Below, piece after piece: positions 39,713 through 52,007 of a stretch of DNA of 64,000 bases. Source of the stretch: Camelus ferus (taxonomy: Eukaryota); NCBI RefSeq assembly GCF_009834535.1, contig NC_045697.1, positions 67,706,001 through 67,770,000 on the forward strand, written 5' to 3'. The position numbers and the translations under genes were made by a program. Within the stretch, counting starts at the first letter, position 1. Each line of letters opens with the position of its first letter. Under the pieces are notes generated by a model. That model made no database searches, was not told the origin of the DNA, and saw only the letters and a program-made list of their open reading frames with translations.

Positions 39713-40175
39713 GGTATTTGTTTGCTTGGGCTGTCACAACAAAGTACCACAAACTGGATGGCTTTGAACAACAAAAATTTACTGTATCACAGTTCTGGAG
39801 GCTAGAAGTCTGAAATCAAGGTGTCGGCAGAGCCAAGCTCCCTCTGAAACTCTGGAGAGAATCTTTCCTTGCTTCTTCCTAACTTCTGATAGTGGCTGAC
39901 AATCCTTGGCATTCCCCGGCCGTAGCTATATCTGTCCAATCTCTGCTTCTATCATCACATGGTCAGCTTTACGTCATCTTCCCTCTATGTGTGTCTGTTT
40001 AAATTTCCCTTTTTCATAAGGACATCAGTCATGTTGGATTAGGGTCTACCATCATTACCTTATCTTAGGTTAGTTAAATCTGCAAAGACTGTATTTCCAG
40101 ATAAGGACACATTTTGAGTTATTGGAGGTTAGGACTTCAACAGATCTTTTGCAGAGTACAATTCAGCCCATACCA
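39713..40175 (-). mobile_element. Full-length MLT1B/C-type solo LTR
   Basis: gctgtcacaacaaagtaccacaaactgg..cacagttctggaggctagaagtctgaaatcaaggtgtcggcag...caattcagcccatacca; TSD GAGAG/GAGAC. Confidence 0.9.
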
Positions 40176-42528
40176 GAGACTACAGTTTGCTCATTTTTTA
40201 AAAATTACTTTTAGGGGTGAGGAATATACTCTGAGACATAAAGAGCAGAAAGAAGAAATTTTGGTTTGTTTGTTTACATATTTTGTTTGGTAGGGAGTCT
40301 TTGGTGTCTTTAGTTTGCACTATTAACATTCTTAAAAATCCACATTATTTAGTTTACAGTTTGGCAAAGAATAGGAATTCTCGTCCTTGTCATAATATCG
40401 ATTATTAAACCCCCATCATAATATATGTCATGAAATCAGCAAAGCACCTGCTACTTGCTCCATCTCAGGGGACATTTAAACAGGACAGGAAGTCAAAACA
40501 GTCAGGCTTTAAGATTTCTTTCCCCATCATTTTCTTTATATATATCTCAAATGTCCAGTCTTTAAAGTATATTTCTTCCTTAGCCATTTCACCTCTGCCT
40601 CCTGTGCTTCCTTTTACCGAGTCCCAGAGCTTTGAATTGTGTTGATTTATTCCGGGAAACAACAGAAAAAGCATTTCACTTTACAACAGCATCTGTCAGG
40701 GAATGGAAGTGTTGTTTTTTCTTTCCGTTGGTCCATCTCTGCTTCACTGATATCTGGACGTATTTTGCTGTTACAGAACAGTACCTGCACACCGAGTAAT
40801 GTGTCCACGTGCCATAAAAGTCATTTTACCAGAAAGTGCCATTGATTTACTTGTGGCAATACAGGATTCCTTGATTAAGAGTTTGACAAATCCACACTGA
40901 AGCTGCATAATAAATCAATCTTTTACTGGAAAAGCCTGAGAAGACAGGTAAGTGAAGATGCTATACATTAATACCTGGGGGAGAGTCACTAACCTCTGTT
41001 CTCTGGTGATCAATCAACTCGGCTGGATTGCACTGACAATGTCTGGAGGTCATCTGGTTAATGAGACAGCCCTGGGAGAGTCCTTTCCAGGATTACAATG
41101 TATCAGTCAATCATTAACACCCATATTAGACACCAAGATCCATTTACTACTTTTAAGAGAAAATCTTGTGAAATATATCCAGAGAAGATTAATGATTATA
41201 AATGGATTACATAAAAAACAATTAAGAAAAAAATATGTCAATGCTCTTAGAGTGCCTTCATTGGGAAGAATTAAAACAAAGTTGGCCTGAGGTTTTGTTT
41301 TGTTTTCCCCAGAGTCTATCTTGAATACACAATTTTATTGTGCCATAGGATAGGAAGATAACAATTGAGATTATATTATTTTTTTTTTAATGAATCAATA
41401 TTGGAGATATCAACACTGGACTGAGATTGTAGACATTGTTCAAATGTTATCAACAGAACATGGCTGTTTGGAGATTATCTCAGGAATGCCTGTACTTCAG
41501 AAACATAAAAAATAAACTTAAAAAAAAGAGAAAATATTTATCTTGCATTTTTTTTTTCCTTCTTTTAGGAATCTTACTTTTGGCTATTAGCTGCAAGGAT
41601 GAATTAAAACACATATGAAAAGTGGAAGGGTTTGGCCAATGCTCATTTAGATTTTGTTTTTAATCTCTGCTAAACATAGCAAATTACTTGATTTCTCTCA
41701 TATAAAATAAGACATCCTTCATCTTTATATCCTCAGCAACTAGTAAGCAAACACTTAAAAACATAGTAAAAATAGTTTGATTTCTTTATTCTAATTTAAA
41801 ATGATTAAAATCACACACAAAATTGCTATTCAGTACTTGTCTTTCTAAAAAGAAAAAAAAATTATGATTTTTACCCAGTATCATCCATTTTATCTGTGAC
41901 ACTGAAGTATAAGTTCATATCCTATATGAATGTATATTTACATATAACTGACTTAGGCTGATGAAAAATACTGAAGACTTTTGTAGCTATTAATATATGA
42001 GTTTTTGTCAGAGTTGTTTGCTGATTTTCCATTTTTCCTTCCTCTCAACGTACTTACATGACATACTTAAGAATTTCTGGCTCTGTATTACATTTATCTG
42101 TTTATAAATCTACCCCCCCCAATATAATTTAAGTTTCCAGAGAGCACTGATATTATCATGCTCATTTAAACAGAAGTGACTTGGAAATAATCATAATTCA
42201 TATATGGTAATATTTTTGCACATTGAAATGGTTTATAAAATACAGCTGAATTCATAGTTTTAGCAATGTTTACTGCACTTAAAATATTTTTGCAGGAGGC
42301 TTCCGTTTTAGTGATATCACTTACAATTATTAAGTCATGAACGAACCTTAAGTTTTATAACTTTGAGGAGTTCTTAAGAGAAGCCTTTTGAAGATGCTTT
42401 CTCTTGGAGATAAAGAGTGAATTGCTTTTTATTTATTAAGCTTGTGATTTTTGTGTGCCTATTTTAGATTTCTGTAGGCAATACTTAACCTAAAACTGAC
42501 CTAATAATCCTACATGTCACACAGTCTC

Positions 42529-43127
42529 CGTAGCAGGTCTGTTTGTCCAAAGATGGCTTCGCCAATATCAACAAGCACACAGGTTCTTCTTCCATGTGAC
42601 TTTGCCACTCCCCATCAGGTGGCAAACTCCAACCACCTTCCCCTTGCATCTGGTGTGGCCTTCCTAACTCAACTGTATCAGTAGAATGTAGTGGAAGTGA
42701 TGCTTCATGCTTTCCAAGGCTAGGTCAGAGGAAGTCTTGCAGCTCCTGCCTCAATCTTTTGGAATGCTCATCGTTTCCTCTTGGGATGCTTCCTCCCAGA
42801 ATTCCCCTGGCATGCTTTGAGAAACCTCAACCACATGGGGGTTGGGTAGGCATTACGGCCAACAGTCCCAGCTGAGCAGGCCTCCAAGTTATCACAGCAC
42901 AGGCGTCCAACGTGTTAGTGAAAAAGCCTCCAGAAAACACCGGTTCCCAGTTATTGAAGACACTGGGCATCTCCAGATGTTTCAGTGTGCTGCTAAGGTC
43001 CCAAACACTGTGGACTAGAAATAAGCCAACTCACTGAGCCTTTGTAGAACTCCTGACTGACAGAATCCATTTCTGTGATACTGCTATATTTGGGTGGTTT
43101 ATTACACATTTTTTGAGAATTGGAACA
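42529..43127 (+). mobile_element. MLT1F/G/H-type solo LTR
   Basis: ccaaagatggc, atgtgactttgccactcccca, agaatgtagtggaagtgatgc, ttccaaggctaggtca; ends ggaaca. Confidence 0.8.
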
Positions 43128-43491
43128 CTCAATAAATTAATAAATGATATTCTCAGATAACTACTTCTGTGAAATATTAAATATAATTTAATGGACTATT
43201 TCTACAGTCGTGTGTGAGGTTTTTTAATATACTAAAAACAAAATGTTGGCTACATATTGTTGTGGAAAACATGTAAAAAATACAATGGGAAATATAGTGT
43301 TACATCATTATGACCACATTAAACAAAATAAATCAAAATTAGATGAACTAATACCCTGGCCAGGATATTTAACCTTGTTCTTTATAAAAATGATACTAAA
43401 TGTATAATCTGAACTCAAGTCATTTAAAGCCTTAAACTCTCATAGCTCATTAAAATAATGAGCAACGTATTATTTTAAAAATAACAGGTTT

Positions 43492-43578
43492 GGAGGGGTG
43501 TATAGCTCAGTGGTAGACCAAGTGCTTAGCACGTACGAGCCTGGGTTCAATCCCTAGCACTTCCATTAAAAAAACAAC
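43492..43578 (+). mobile_element. Short tRNA-derived SINE, Vic-1-like (camelid)
   Basis: A box tatagctcagtggtaga, B box gggttcaatccc, A-rich tail; TSD aacaggttt (43483-43491) / aacagcttt (43579-43587). Confidence 0.8.
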
Positions 43579-43862
43579 AACAGCTTTATCTCTATTTAAG
43601 CATGCTTTCTTCTGATTTTCTATATTTACTGTCTGGTTTATTTACTTAGTTATATAAAGATTGATGTACTTAATGTACTACTGAGGTTTTCTCAAAGAAA
43701 TGAAGGCTTCTCTCCCAATTTCAGTTGTGTTTTCTTTAATTTAGAGAGGTCCATAGTTATTTTTATTCTTAAACACGGATGCTATAGATTGATGGTGAGA
43801 AGACTGATCACATAACTATTTTCATTCCAAATTCATATAAATACTGGCAGAAAGCAATAGCA

Positions 43863-44103
43863 ATAGTAAACATTTAAACAGTGTAGGTTATCATCCAAGC
43901 ATCTTTCCAAGTGTTTAGAGAGCATTACAAGATCTCTATAACAACAGGGAAACCATAATATGGTGCTCTTTTTATCTTTCTATTTTACAGAGGAGGAAAG
44001 TGAGGCATAGTGTACCTCAGTGCACTCAACTAGTTAAGTGTTGGGGCTGGGATTTAAATACAAGCCATCTGGCTCCAGAGACAGAGCTCTTAAGCTCTAC
44101 CCT
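43863..44103 (-). mobile_element. Full-length MIR
   Basis: attttacagaggaggaaagtgaggc...gggctgggatttaaat..ctggctccagag..gctcttaa. Confidence 0.85.
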
Positions 44104-46543
44104 CTATTGATCCTGCAGAGGTAGAAAAACAAAGCAAGAAATGAGCTGGTTAGAAGTTAACGGACACTCCAGTTAACATGCATTCAGAATGTTTGTATAT
44201 TTTCTTGCAATCATTTTAGCTTTGATGTTATGCTATACCTTAGAGATTCAACAGTTGAATTGATTTATGGTAAAAAAAAAAAAAAAAAAAAGGAAAGAAA
44301 GAAAGAAAAGAAATTGAAGCCAGTGGGCATCTTGCTTATATAAAAGAAAACAGAAATTCTCCTTTGTTTTTATGTCTTTCTACAAATCCTACTTAATATA
44401 GTGAAGAATAGAATTAATGTTACATTGCAAGGGACAAAGCAACCCAGGAGACAGAAAGCATCCAGTTTAGCATCCAAATGAGAGGCAGCTATGCTTTGGA
44501 AACACAAGCGTGTATCACCATGACCTGCCTGATATGCACAATTCAACACCTCATAGCGTGCACACCTCAACTTCTTTCTAACTGGTCCCACTCCATATGC
44601 ACTTCACCTTGTACACATAGCTTCAATAATTACTGCTTTGTCAACATGTAAAATCTTCATGAAAAGGTTTAAAATAATTGTAATCTGTTAATAGGACTGT
44701 ATCTTTTCATTGCCTGTGCCAATGGCGTTTCTTTATAGTTAATCTTACATCTTTAATGGACAGTATAAAATGCTATGTTCAGAAAAATGACCACTTTTAC
44801 TATTCACTTTTTTAAAAAAAAATTGAATTTGTAGCTAATTCCCGCAACTTCAGAAGAAAGGAAATGACTAATGCTATTAAATCAAAGCCTTATCTTTAAA
44901 GCTAATTATGTGAAGCCAAGGTATGAATATCATTGTTAATATCTTCACTCTATCAATCTGGTTGAATATTTTTAAAAATTTATTTGATGATTACAGATTT
45001 CTCTCCCTACATCTCTCAGACTTCCCCCAAATTCATCAGTTTCTTCTACCCTCCTCCCACACCACCCCTACTTTTACTGTAAACCTTTCTTTGAAGGAAA
45101 GAAAAAAATCTGTAAGACTTGATTAGATCATTTGAGGACTACTTTGGTTTCCAGAAGTCAGAATTGACCCCTGAAGTTATTAACCACATCATCAAACCTC
45201 CAGAAACGGACAGTAATGTGCCTCAGTGCAGGATCTGATTCAAGCTTACTCCAGCAGGTATTTCCCCCTTTCATTCCTCCTCTTCCTTTCCTTTTTTCAC
45301 TGAGAGTGCTGTGAGCTACCTGAACTCGCTGCAACTCTTCCAAATCCTGGTGATTACTCTTGGAGTATCACCTGCACAAACTTCACCCAGTTATAAGAAA
45401 CTCAAATATCTTTCTTTCCTTCTTAACTTTCCATGTGTTCCTTTTGACACTGTTATTTTAAAGCAGTTTGTGCTAAAACACAAAAGGGACTTGACAGATG
45501 TTTGAGGAAGACAATGACTCTATATCATAGACAAAACCGGAGAGACCTATATTTGTTAGCAGAGATGCTGTGGGATAAGATTACGATAAATAAGGTCATC
45601 TAAAGCTTAGATGTGGGAACACTCAATCTGGGCACGCACTTAGAGAGTGAGATTTATAGTGCAAGTGGAGTTGGAATGGGGCAGAAAGAGAAGCATTTGG
45701 AGAAAACAGTGAGCATTGGACTTAAATCACTGTACTTTTTGGTGATTTAAGATGGAAAAACTGATAAATTAGACTCAGTTCAGAATTACATATTATTCTC
45801 AGTTATCTGTGCCAATAAATATTCTATCTCTTTGAAGGGAAAAGCACTCAGAGTTTATGTGCTAAAAGGAAGAGAGGAACAGGTGATCATATCTTATTGG
45901 TAGAACTCTAAAATACACCTGTAATAAACTTTTAAACAATGATTTGCTAATTTATTTTCAGCTTATTCCAGAGACACATTGAAGAAATTGAAGCTCAAAA
46001 ATGTATATAATTGGAAGGCTAAAAATAAATAATTGAAGAAAAAAATATTATAATAATAAAGGCAGGATAAACATACTAAAATTAATGTCATTAAGACCTC
46101 TTATGTGCCATCAAATGACAAAACAATTTGGCTTTGAAATTTTTAAATGTCAAAGCAAAGCAAGAAACAATCAATGTAACACTCTTAGTTTCTCAGATAA
46201 ATAACTTTTTTTCCTTTTTTTGCTGATAAGATATGAGCAGATTTCTCCCATGGAGTAAAAGCACTTTGATGACATCTATGACACCATGGATGACATCCCC
46301 AAGACAGACACCGTATCAAGGTTCAAGGTACAGTTCAGTAAACAGATGTAGGAAACCTTTGTGTATTATTCCTGCAGTGGATTTTTAAATCTGTTTGTGC
46401 TTCTCTAATAGCCCTAAGCCAACTGCAGGAGTTTTAACATGTGATCATCATTACTTCTTTATACTCTTTTAGGAGTTTATAATATTGTTGGAAACCAAAA
46501 AGAGTTCTAAGGATTTTCGTTTCAGTGCTGACCAGGTGTTGGG

Positions 46544-46608
46544 TGACGGATACAAGGGAAGCAATGATGGATACAAAGGAAGCAATGATGGATACAAGGG
46601 AAGCAATG
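46544..46608. repeat. 21-bp tandem repeat, 3 copies
   Basis: tgacggatacaagggaagcaa / tgatggatacaaaggaagcaa / tgatggatacaagggaagcaa. Confidence 0.95.
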
Positions 46609-47439
46609 TACGCAGGGCCTCTGCTTGGGCTCTACTCTTGTTTCTGTGTTTTCTTTCTCACTTACATTCCCTGACCTATGTTATCTGACTTAACCGTCAC
46701 TTGAGTATTTGTTAATACACGTTTCTAGTTTAGGTCCCTGACTCAAATATATTTCTGATCTTTTTGGTCCCAGCTTGTGTCTACCTTTATTTCACTTGCC
46801 CAAAATCTTGACACCTCTTAACCCTTTGACATTTGATGATCGCTAAAGTATGGAGGCAGAAATAAAGAGAAAAAAAAAAAAAAAGGAAGAGAAAAAGGAC
46901 ACAAAGAAAAGTCTAAGTTAAAGCAGGTGCAGGAAGAAGAGCCCTACTGCCATCCAATTTATCTACCCACACTAGCTAACCTGGGAGACTAAAGGAAAAA
47001 GGTTAGATTGTCATGTTGAGTTCATGTCAGTTTCTTTGGAAGCTAGTTATCCTATTTATATTTTAAAAAGTTATCAGAAATGCACATAATTCTTTATTAA
47101 ACTCATATACTTTCCAGTGGTAATTTGATTTCCTTTATTTCTTAATAACATTTGGTTAAATCATATAAGTTGTTCCAGCTATGTAATCATGTATAATAAC
47201 AATCAAGTACTATTCATAAGGATTTGCTTTAAAGAAAAGGACAAAAACCAAACAGACCACTACCACCCCAACAGAAAACTGTACTGAGGAGGAGATATTA
47301 AAAATATCAAATAATCTCAAGTAGATTTAATGATAAAGCAAATTCACTAATGTGGTGGTCATGAAGAGGCCAGAAACACTCTTTTTTCTAATATGCTAAC
47401 TTTAAAACTGATTGGACTGTGTATTTCCTTTGAATTTGC

Positions 47440-48790
47440 ATCTTTGATTTTTCTCGTTCATTAACTTTCCAAATATATGACTGTGACCTCTTCTTGCCAT
47501 CTCTTTCACCATTTCCGTAGTCCAAACTACCATTTTCTCTCTTGAAATACTGCAATAATCTCTGAAATGGTCTCCAAACTGTCTCTTCTCCGAACAACAG
47601 CCAGGGAGATTATTTTAAACTATAGTGTTATCATGCCAATGAGATAGCACCTCACACCAATCAGAGTGACCATCATTAAAAAGAACACAAATAACAAATA
47701 CTGGTGAGGCTGTGGAGAAAAGGAAACCTTCCTACACTGGTAGTGGGTATGTAAATTGGTGCAGCCACTACAGGAAACAGTATGGAAGGTTTCTCAAAAC
47801 ACTGAAAATAGAACTACTCCATGATCCAGCAATTCTACTCCTGAGTATATATCCCCCCAAAACAAAAACACTAATTCAAAAAGAAACATAGTCATAGCAG
47901 CATTATTTACAATGACCAAGATACAGAAGTAACTTCAGTGTCCATGATAGATGAATGGATAAAGAATTGGTGTTTATATATATATATATATAAATATAAA
48001 ATAAAATGAAATACTTACTCAGCCATAAAAAATAATAAAATTTTGCCATTTGCAGCAACATGGATAGACTTAGAGGGCATTATGCTGAGTGAAATCAGTC
48101 AGACAGAGAAAGACAAATATGATATTACTTATGTGGAATCTAAAAAATACAATAAACTAGTGAATAAAACAAAAAAGAAACAGACTCACAGATACAGAGA
48201 ACAAACCAGTAGTCACTAGTGGGGAGAGGGAAGGGGAGGGGCAATATAGGGGTAGGGGAGAAAAGGGTTATTAGGGTTTGTATAAAATCACATGTGTGAA
48301 ACCTTTGAACATTGTAAAGCACTACAGAATTTAAAGACTATTTTATTCATTAAAAAAAGTGAAAAAACCCAAAGTGACTACAAAAGGAACACCATATTCC
48401 AAATCGACCCAGAGTAAAGCAGACACGAAACTATAAAAAGGTGCAAAATGAAAAAATCTATGTATTCATTGTTAAACTAAAAAAATAAAATATAGTGTTA
48501 TAATGCCAATCTTCTATCCCATAAATTTCAATGACCCATCAGGCTCTCCAAGATCTGAACCCCTGCGACCCCTCTAAACTCATTTTGTGTATCTCACCCC
48601 ATTGCTCACACTACTCCAACCACACTGGCCTACTTGGTATAGGACAATTTTAGCCCTTCTTCCTTATACCACTTCCCCAAGAGAGCCAAAGAATTTTCTC
48701 CCAAATTTCTTAAAGTATATGCTCAAATGTTACCTTATTAGGAAGACTTTGCTGCCCCTTCTGACACCCATAACTGTCCTTCCTTCTTTT
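47440..48790 (+). mobile_element. L2 fragment interrupted by an L1
   Basis: tactgcaataatctctgaaatggtctcc...acagccagggagat on the left; ctcacactactccaaccacactggcct...gctcaaatgttacc on the right. Confidence 0.7.
47641..48485 (+). mobile_element. 5'-truncated L1 with probable 3' transduction and 25-bp TSD
   Basis: Starts gagatagcacctcacaccaatcagagtg (ORF2 end); L1 3' end at ~48358; TSD 47616-47640 vs 48486-48510 with 2 mismatches. Confidence 0.9.
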
Positions 48791-48860
48791 CCCATTTCTT
48801 TTCCTTTAGTTCTTCCTATATTTTTAAATGTGAACTATGCTCTCAAACATATCAAAGAAT

Positions 48861-48870
<10 letters not shown>

Positions 48871-48926
<56 letters not shown>
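48871..48926. repeat. Compound microsatellite (TA)14(GA)14
   Basis: Read directly from the sequence. Confidence 0.95.
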
Positions 48927-48930
<4 letters not shown>

Positions 48931-49304
48931 AAAGAAGCAAAGAAAATGAATACCCATGTACCGGCTACTCCACAGAAAGAAGATGATTTACCAACACTTT
49001 TGAAACATCTATGTGCCCATCAGAGATTGCACCTACTCTATACCACGTGCTCTTCCCTAACACCCCCAGTAGAAGAACCCACTATCTGATTTTAGTTGCA
49101 CGCTTTTTAAAATAGGTTTACTCTTTTTGTATGTACAACTGAATGGTATGTTACCTACTTCATTTTCTATGAAAGGATTCATACTTTTAGATAACCTACG
49201 GTTTTGCTTCAATAAAGTGCTTTTATCATTCATCCCTGTTGACTCATATAGATGGAATAGATTACATTCTATTACTTAATCCGTCATATGAATATCAAGA
49301 ATTC

Positions 49305-49846
49305 TGAAAGGCGCAAGATTTAATTCTCCTTGTAAGCTAACCAGTTTGCTTGTCACAGTTTTATGAATGCTGCTAGAAGACATGAAACTTCTTGGATTGG
49401 AGACAGAGAACTTTATTACTCACATATGAAAAACAACAGGAGAATCAGCATTTCTGCCCTGTACCCCAAGCCCCAGTTTCCACAGGGTGACAAGAAGAGG
49501 GCCAGGTGACATTTGCATGCACAGTGGATTGTGTTACAGGAAAGAAGTGCTGAGATTAGGAACACAAATCTTTTACAATGAGTGATTCACATTTTTGCCC
49601 TTAGCTGTGCAGGGAGGTATTTTTCTGGACATTAAGCAGGCCTGCCTTTTGCTCTGGAAGGAGACACTCTCTCTCTCTTTCTTGGTTGTAAACAAATATT
49701 CTCTTTGTTTCAGAGGAAAATGCTATATATTCCAAGGTTTTTGGTTATATAAACATTCTTGAAAAGCTAGTCCAGAACAGAGTGGTAAGTGCCTTCCTCA
49801 TACGATGTGCAGAAGCATAAACAACCTATGAAAACTTGTCCCTCAG
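49305..49846 (-). mobile_element. MER89/MER90-type ERV1 solo LTR within old L1 sequence
   Basis: cttgtaagctaac..cacagttttatgaatgctgctagaagacatga...ttttgctctggaaggagacact...aaacattcttgaaaag..atgtgcagaa. Confidence 0.7.
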
Positions 49847-49859
49847 GAGCTGGTACAGC

Positions 49860-51110
49860 ACAATTTATTCTTCACTGGTTAGATGTTTGAATAGTTTCCA
49901 GATTTTGTACCATTGAAAATACTGCTGAAAACATTGTTTTACGTGTGTGCTGGTTCATGAATGCAAGAGTTTTCAAGGATATATTTCTAAGAGGGGGTTG
50001 CTGGGCTATGTTTTCACCAACAGTATATAATCATTTTCACTGCACTTCATCCTCAGTAGTCCTTTTTATTGTCAGACTTCTAATTTTAGCAATTTCATGT
50101 GTTTAAAAATATATATTAATTTAGTTTTTTTTTAAATCTCTCAATACTAATTAAGTTGATCATCTTTTTGATATTTTTGCTTCTCAGAAAATCCTATTCA
50201 CAGAAAATCCTGCTTGGCCCATTTTTCTACTTAGATTTTTTTTTCTTATTAATTAATAAGTATTCTTTTGTGTCATGAATACTACTTTGTCAGTTTTATT
50301 AGTGCAGATAGCACCCAGTTTGGGGTAAGTCTTTTCAATATCTGTATATCTTTTGAAGAATACAGTCTTAACTGGTTTATTTTTAATATAATTAAAATTG
50401 TTAACATTTTCCCTTATAATGTTGTTTTGTAATCTAGTTAAGAAATCTGTTTCTACTGAAGTCATAAAAAACTTTACTGAAGATTTTTTTTCCTTTTTTT
50501 TTTTACTCTTCTATTTAGGATAAATCAGGTTCTGGAATCTGAGAATGTATGCCTTTTTAAATAAATGAAATTTAAAAATCTGAGCCTAAAATAATCTATT
50601 TTGATTATTGCTTCTCTCCCATTTTTTCTATTCCTTTATTTAGGTACTCAATAACTATTAATTGACTATTTAGTATATGCCAAACTCAGTTTAAATATGT
50701 GCCAGCTCTTTTTTCCTTCAGAGTCTCTTAATCTCTTTTTTATATTTGTCATCTCTATTTGAGCTGCATTCAGGTTTATTTATTAACACCTACCAGTTCA
50801 CTAATTTTTTCTTCATTGGTGTCTAATATGCCTCCTACCCTGTCCACTGAATAATCAAGGAACTTCTGAAGTTTTGAGAATTTGATGTGAGCCTTTTCAT
50901 TTGATATAATTTTTTATTTTTCATTTATTTAAACATTTTAACAATGGAATGTTTCTGTCTAAATCTTACAATTTCAATGCATTCATTTCCCCTGTTTTGC
51001 TGAACTTCACTGTATGGTTTGCTTTTACCCACTTTTACTTTTCTAGTTTTTAATTTATATGTCTTTTTAGTGAGAGCTATTTTGTTTTGCACTTTGTAGA
51101 AAGTATTTGT
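49860..51110 (-). mobile_element. Old L1M fragments (continuing those at ~48800-49295)
   Basis: agtttccagatttt..tactgctgaaaacatt..ttgctggg..caccaacagtatataa..gtcagacttctaatttt; accagttcactaattt. Confidence 0.6.
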
Positions 51111-51459
51111 CATCTGGCTGCAGAGCGCCTTTTCCTAGGATTTCTATGCTTGTGCAGGAAACTTACAAGTAGAAAAATAATAATAAGAAAAAAAATTAAA
51201 TTAATCCTTGGCATTTGGGAGGAGGAGAAAGCTAGAGATACATAATTTTAATTCTGGCCCATATAAGTACAGCAATTATCAGGGCAAGGTTGTTTGTTTT
51301 TGTTGTTTTGTTTTGTTTTGCCTTGTCTTTTCTTCTGCTCACATTGCACCTAGAGCTGTAAATATGATCATATTTTCCAATTCTACTTGTCTACAGGTTA
51401 TTTTTTTTCCTAATAGATAGGGAAAGTTGCCTTTAACAATCATGGTTTTATACAGGTGT

Positions 51460-52007
51460 TGTGACTTTGTTAAATTAATGTTTGTTAAGTGAAGCACAGG
51501 ATGCCCCATGGTGAGCTAGGGTTCAACAGACCACAAGAGAAATCAAAATAGTAAAGTTTATTACTCACAGATCCTTGAGGAAGTATATAGCAAGCCACAA
51601 GATGCCACACAGGAAGGTCAAAACAGGGTGAAGGCAAAGAGTGTATAACCTGGGGCACATGACTTTCTTAGGGTCAGCGGGTGGAGAAGTTTGGGGTTCC
51701 CAGGCAAAGGTCAAATCGATCAATTCAAACTAAAAAGACTGGGGCTTTGTTAGGCTCCACGGGGGTCTCACCTAAGAGGCACACAAGGTGAAACCCTGGG
51801 AGGTGGGGGAGACTGTTGATCACAAGGGCCCTTGGGCAAGTCGTATCAGGAACATCCGTGTTTGCTTATGACTCCAGGGATTGTTATGTAGGGCATGTAC
51901 TTGTCTGAGAGGGCCAGTGTCAGTTCGAGGCCTCCGCAGACCACTTAGCCAAAGAAGAGGGTTGCCAGGCAGCAAAGCTATGGCGTGACTTAGCTAAACT
52001 CTCCACA
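51460..52007 (-). mobile_element. ERVL-class 3' LTR (MER73/74/88-like)
   Basis: TG...CA ends; aaagtttattactcac (AATAAA on minus strand); gccacacaggaag; adjoins pol remnants. Confidence 0.65.

Noticed and set aside
40952..41290. 112-aa ORF
   Set aside because: GTG start, no recognisable domain, and it begins within a splice-donor-like site; length is within chance range.
43492..43566. Possible tRNA gene
   Set aside because: A and B boxes are present, but there is no proper cloverleaf or T-run terminator, and it has an A tail and TSD, so it is a SINE.
45153..45256. Possible coding exon (KSELTPEVINHIIKPPETDSNVPQCRI*)
   Set aside because: In-frame stop before a weak donor, no recognisable protein and no partner exons.
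45721..45751. 10-bp inverted repeat cttaaatcac/gtgatttaag
   Set aside because: Short AT-rich stem with an 11-nt loop; weak evidence on its own.
46544..46608. CRISPR-like array
   Set aside because: Head-to-tail repeats with no spacers, in mammalian DNA.
48587..49089. 120-aa and 76-aa ORFs with IYIY/ERER tracts
   Set aside because: Produced by the (TA)n(GA)n microsatellite within L2/L1 remnants.
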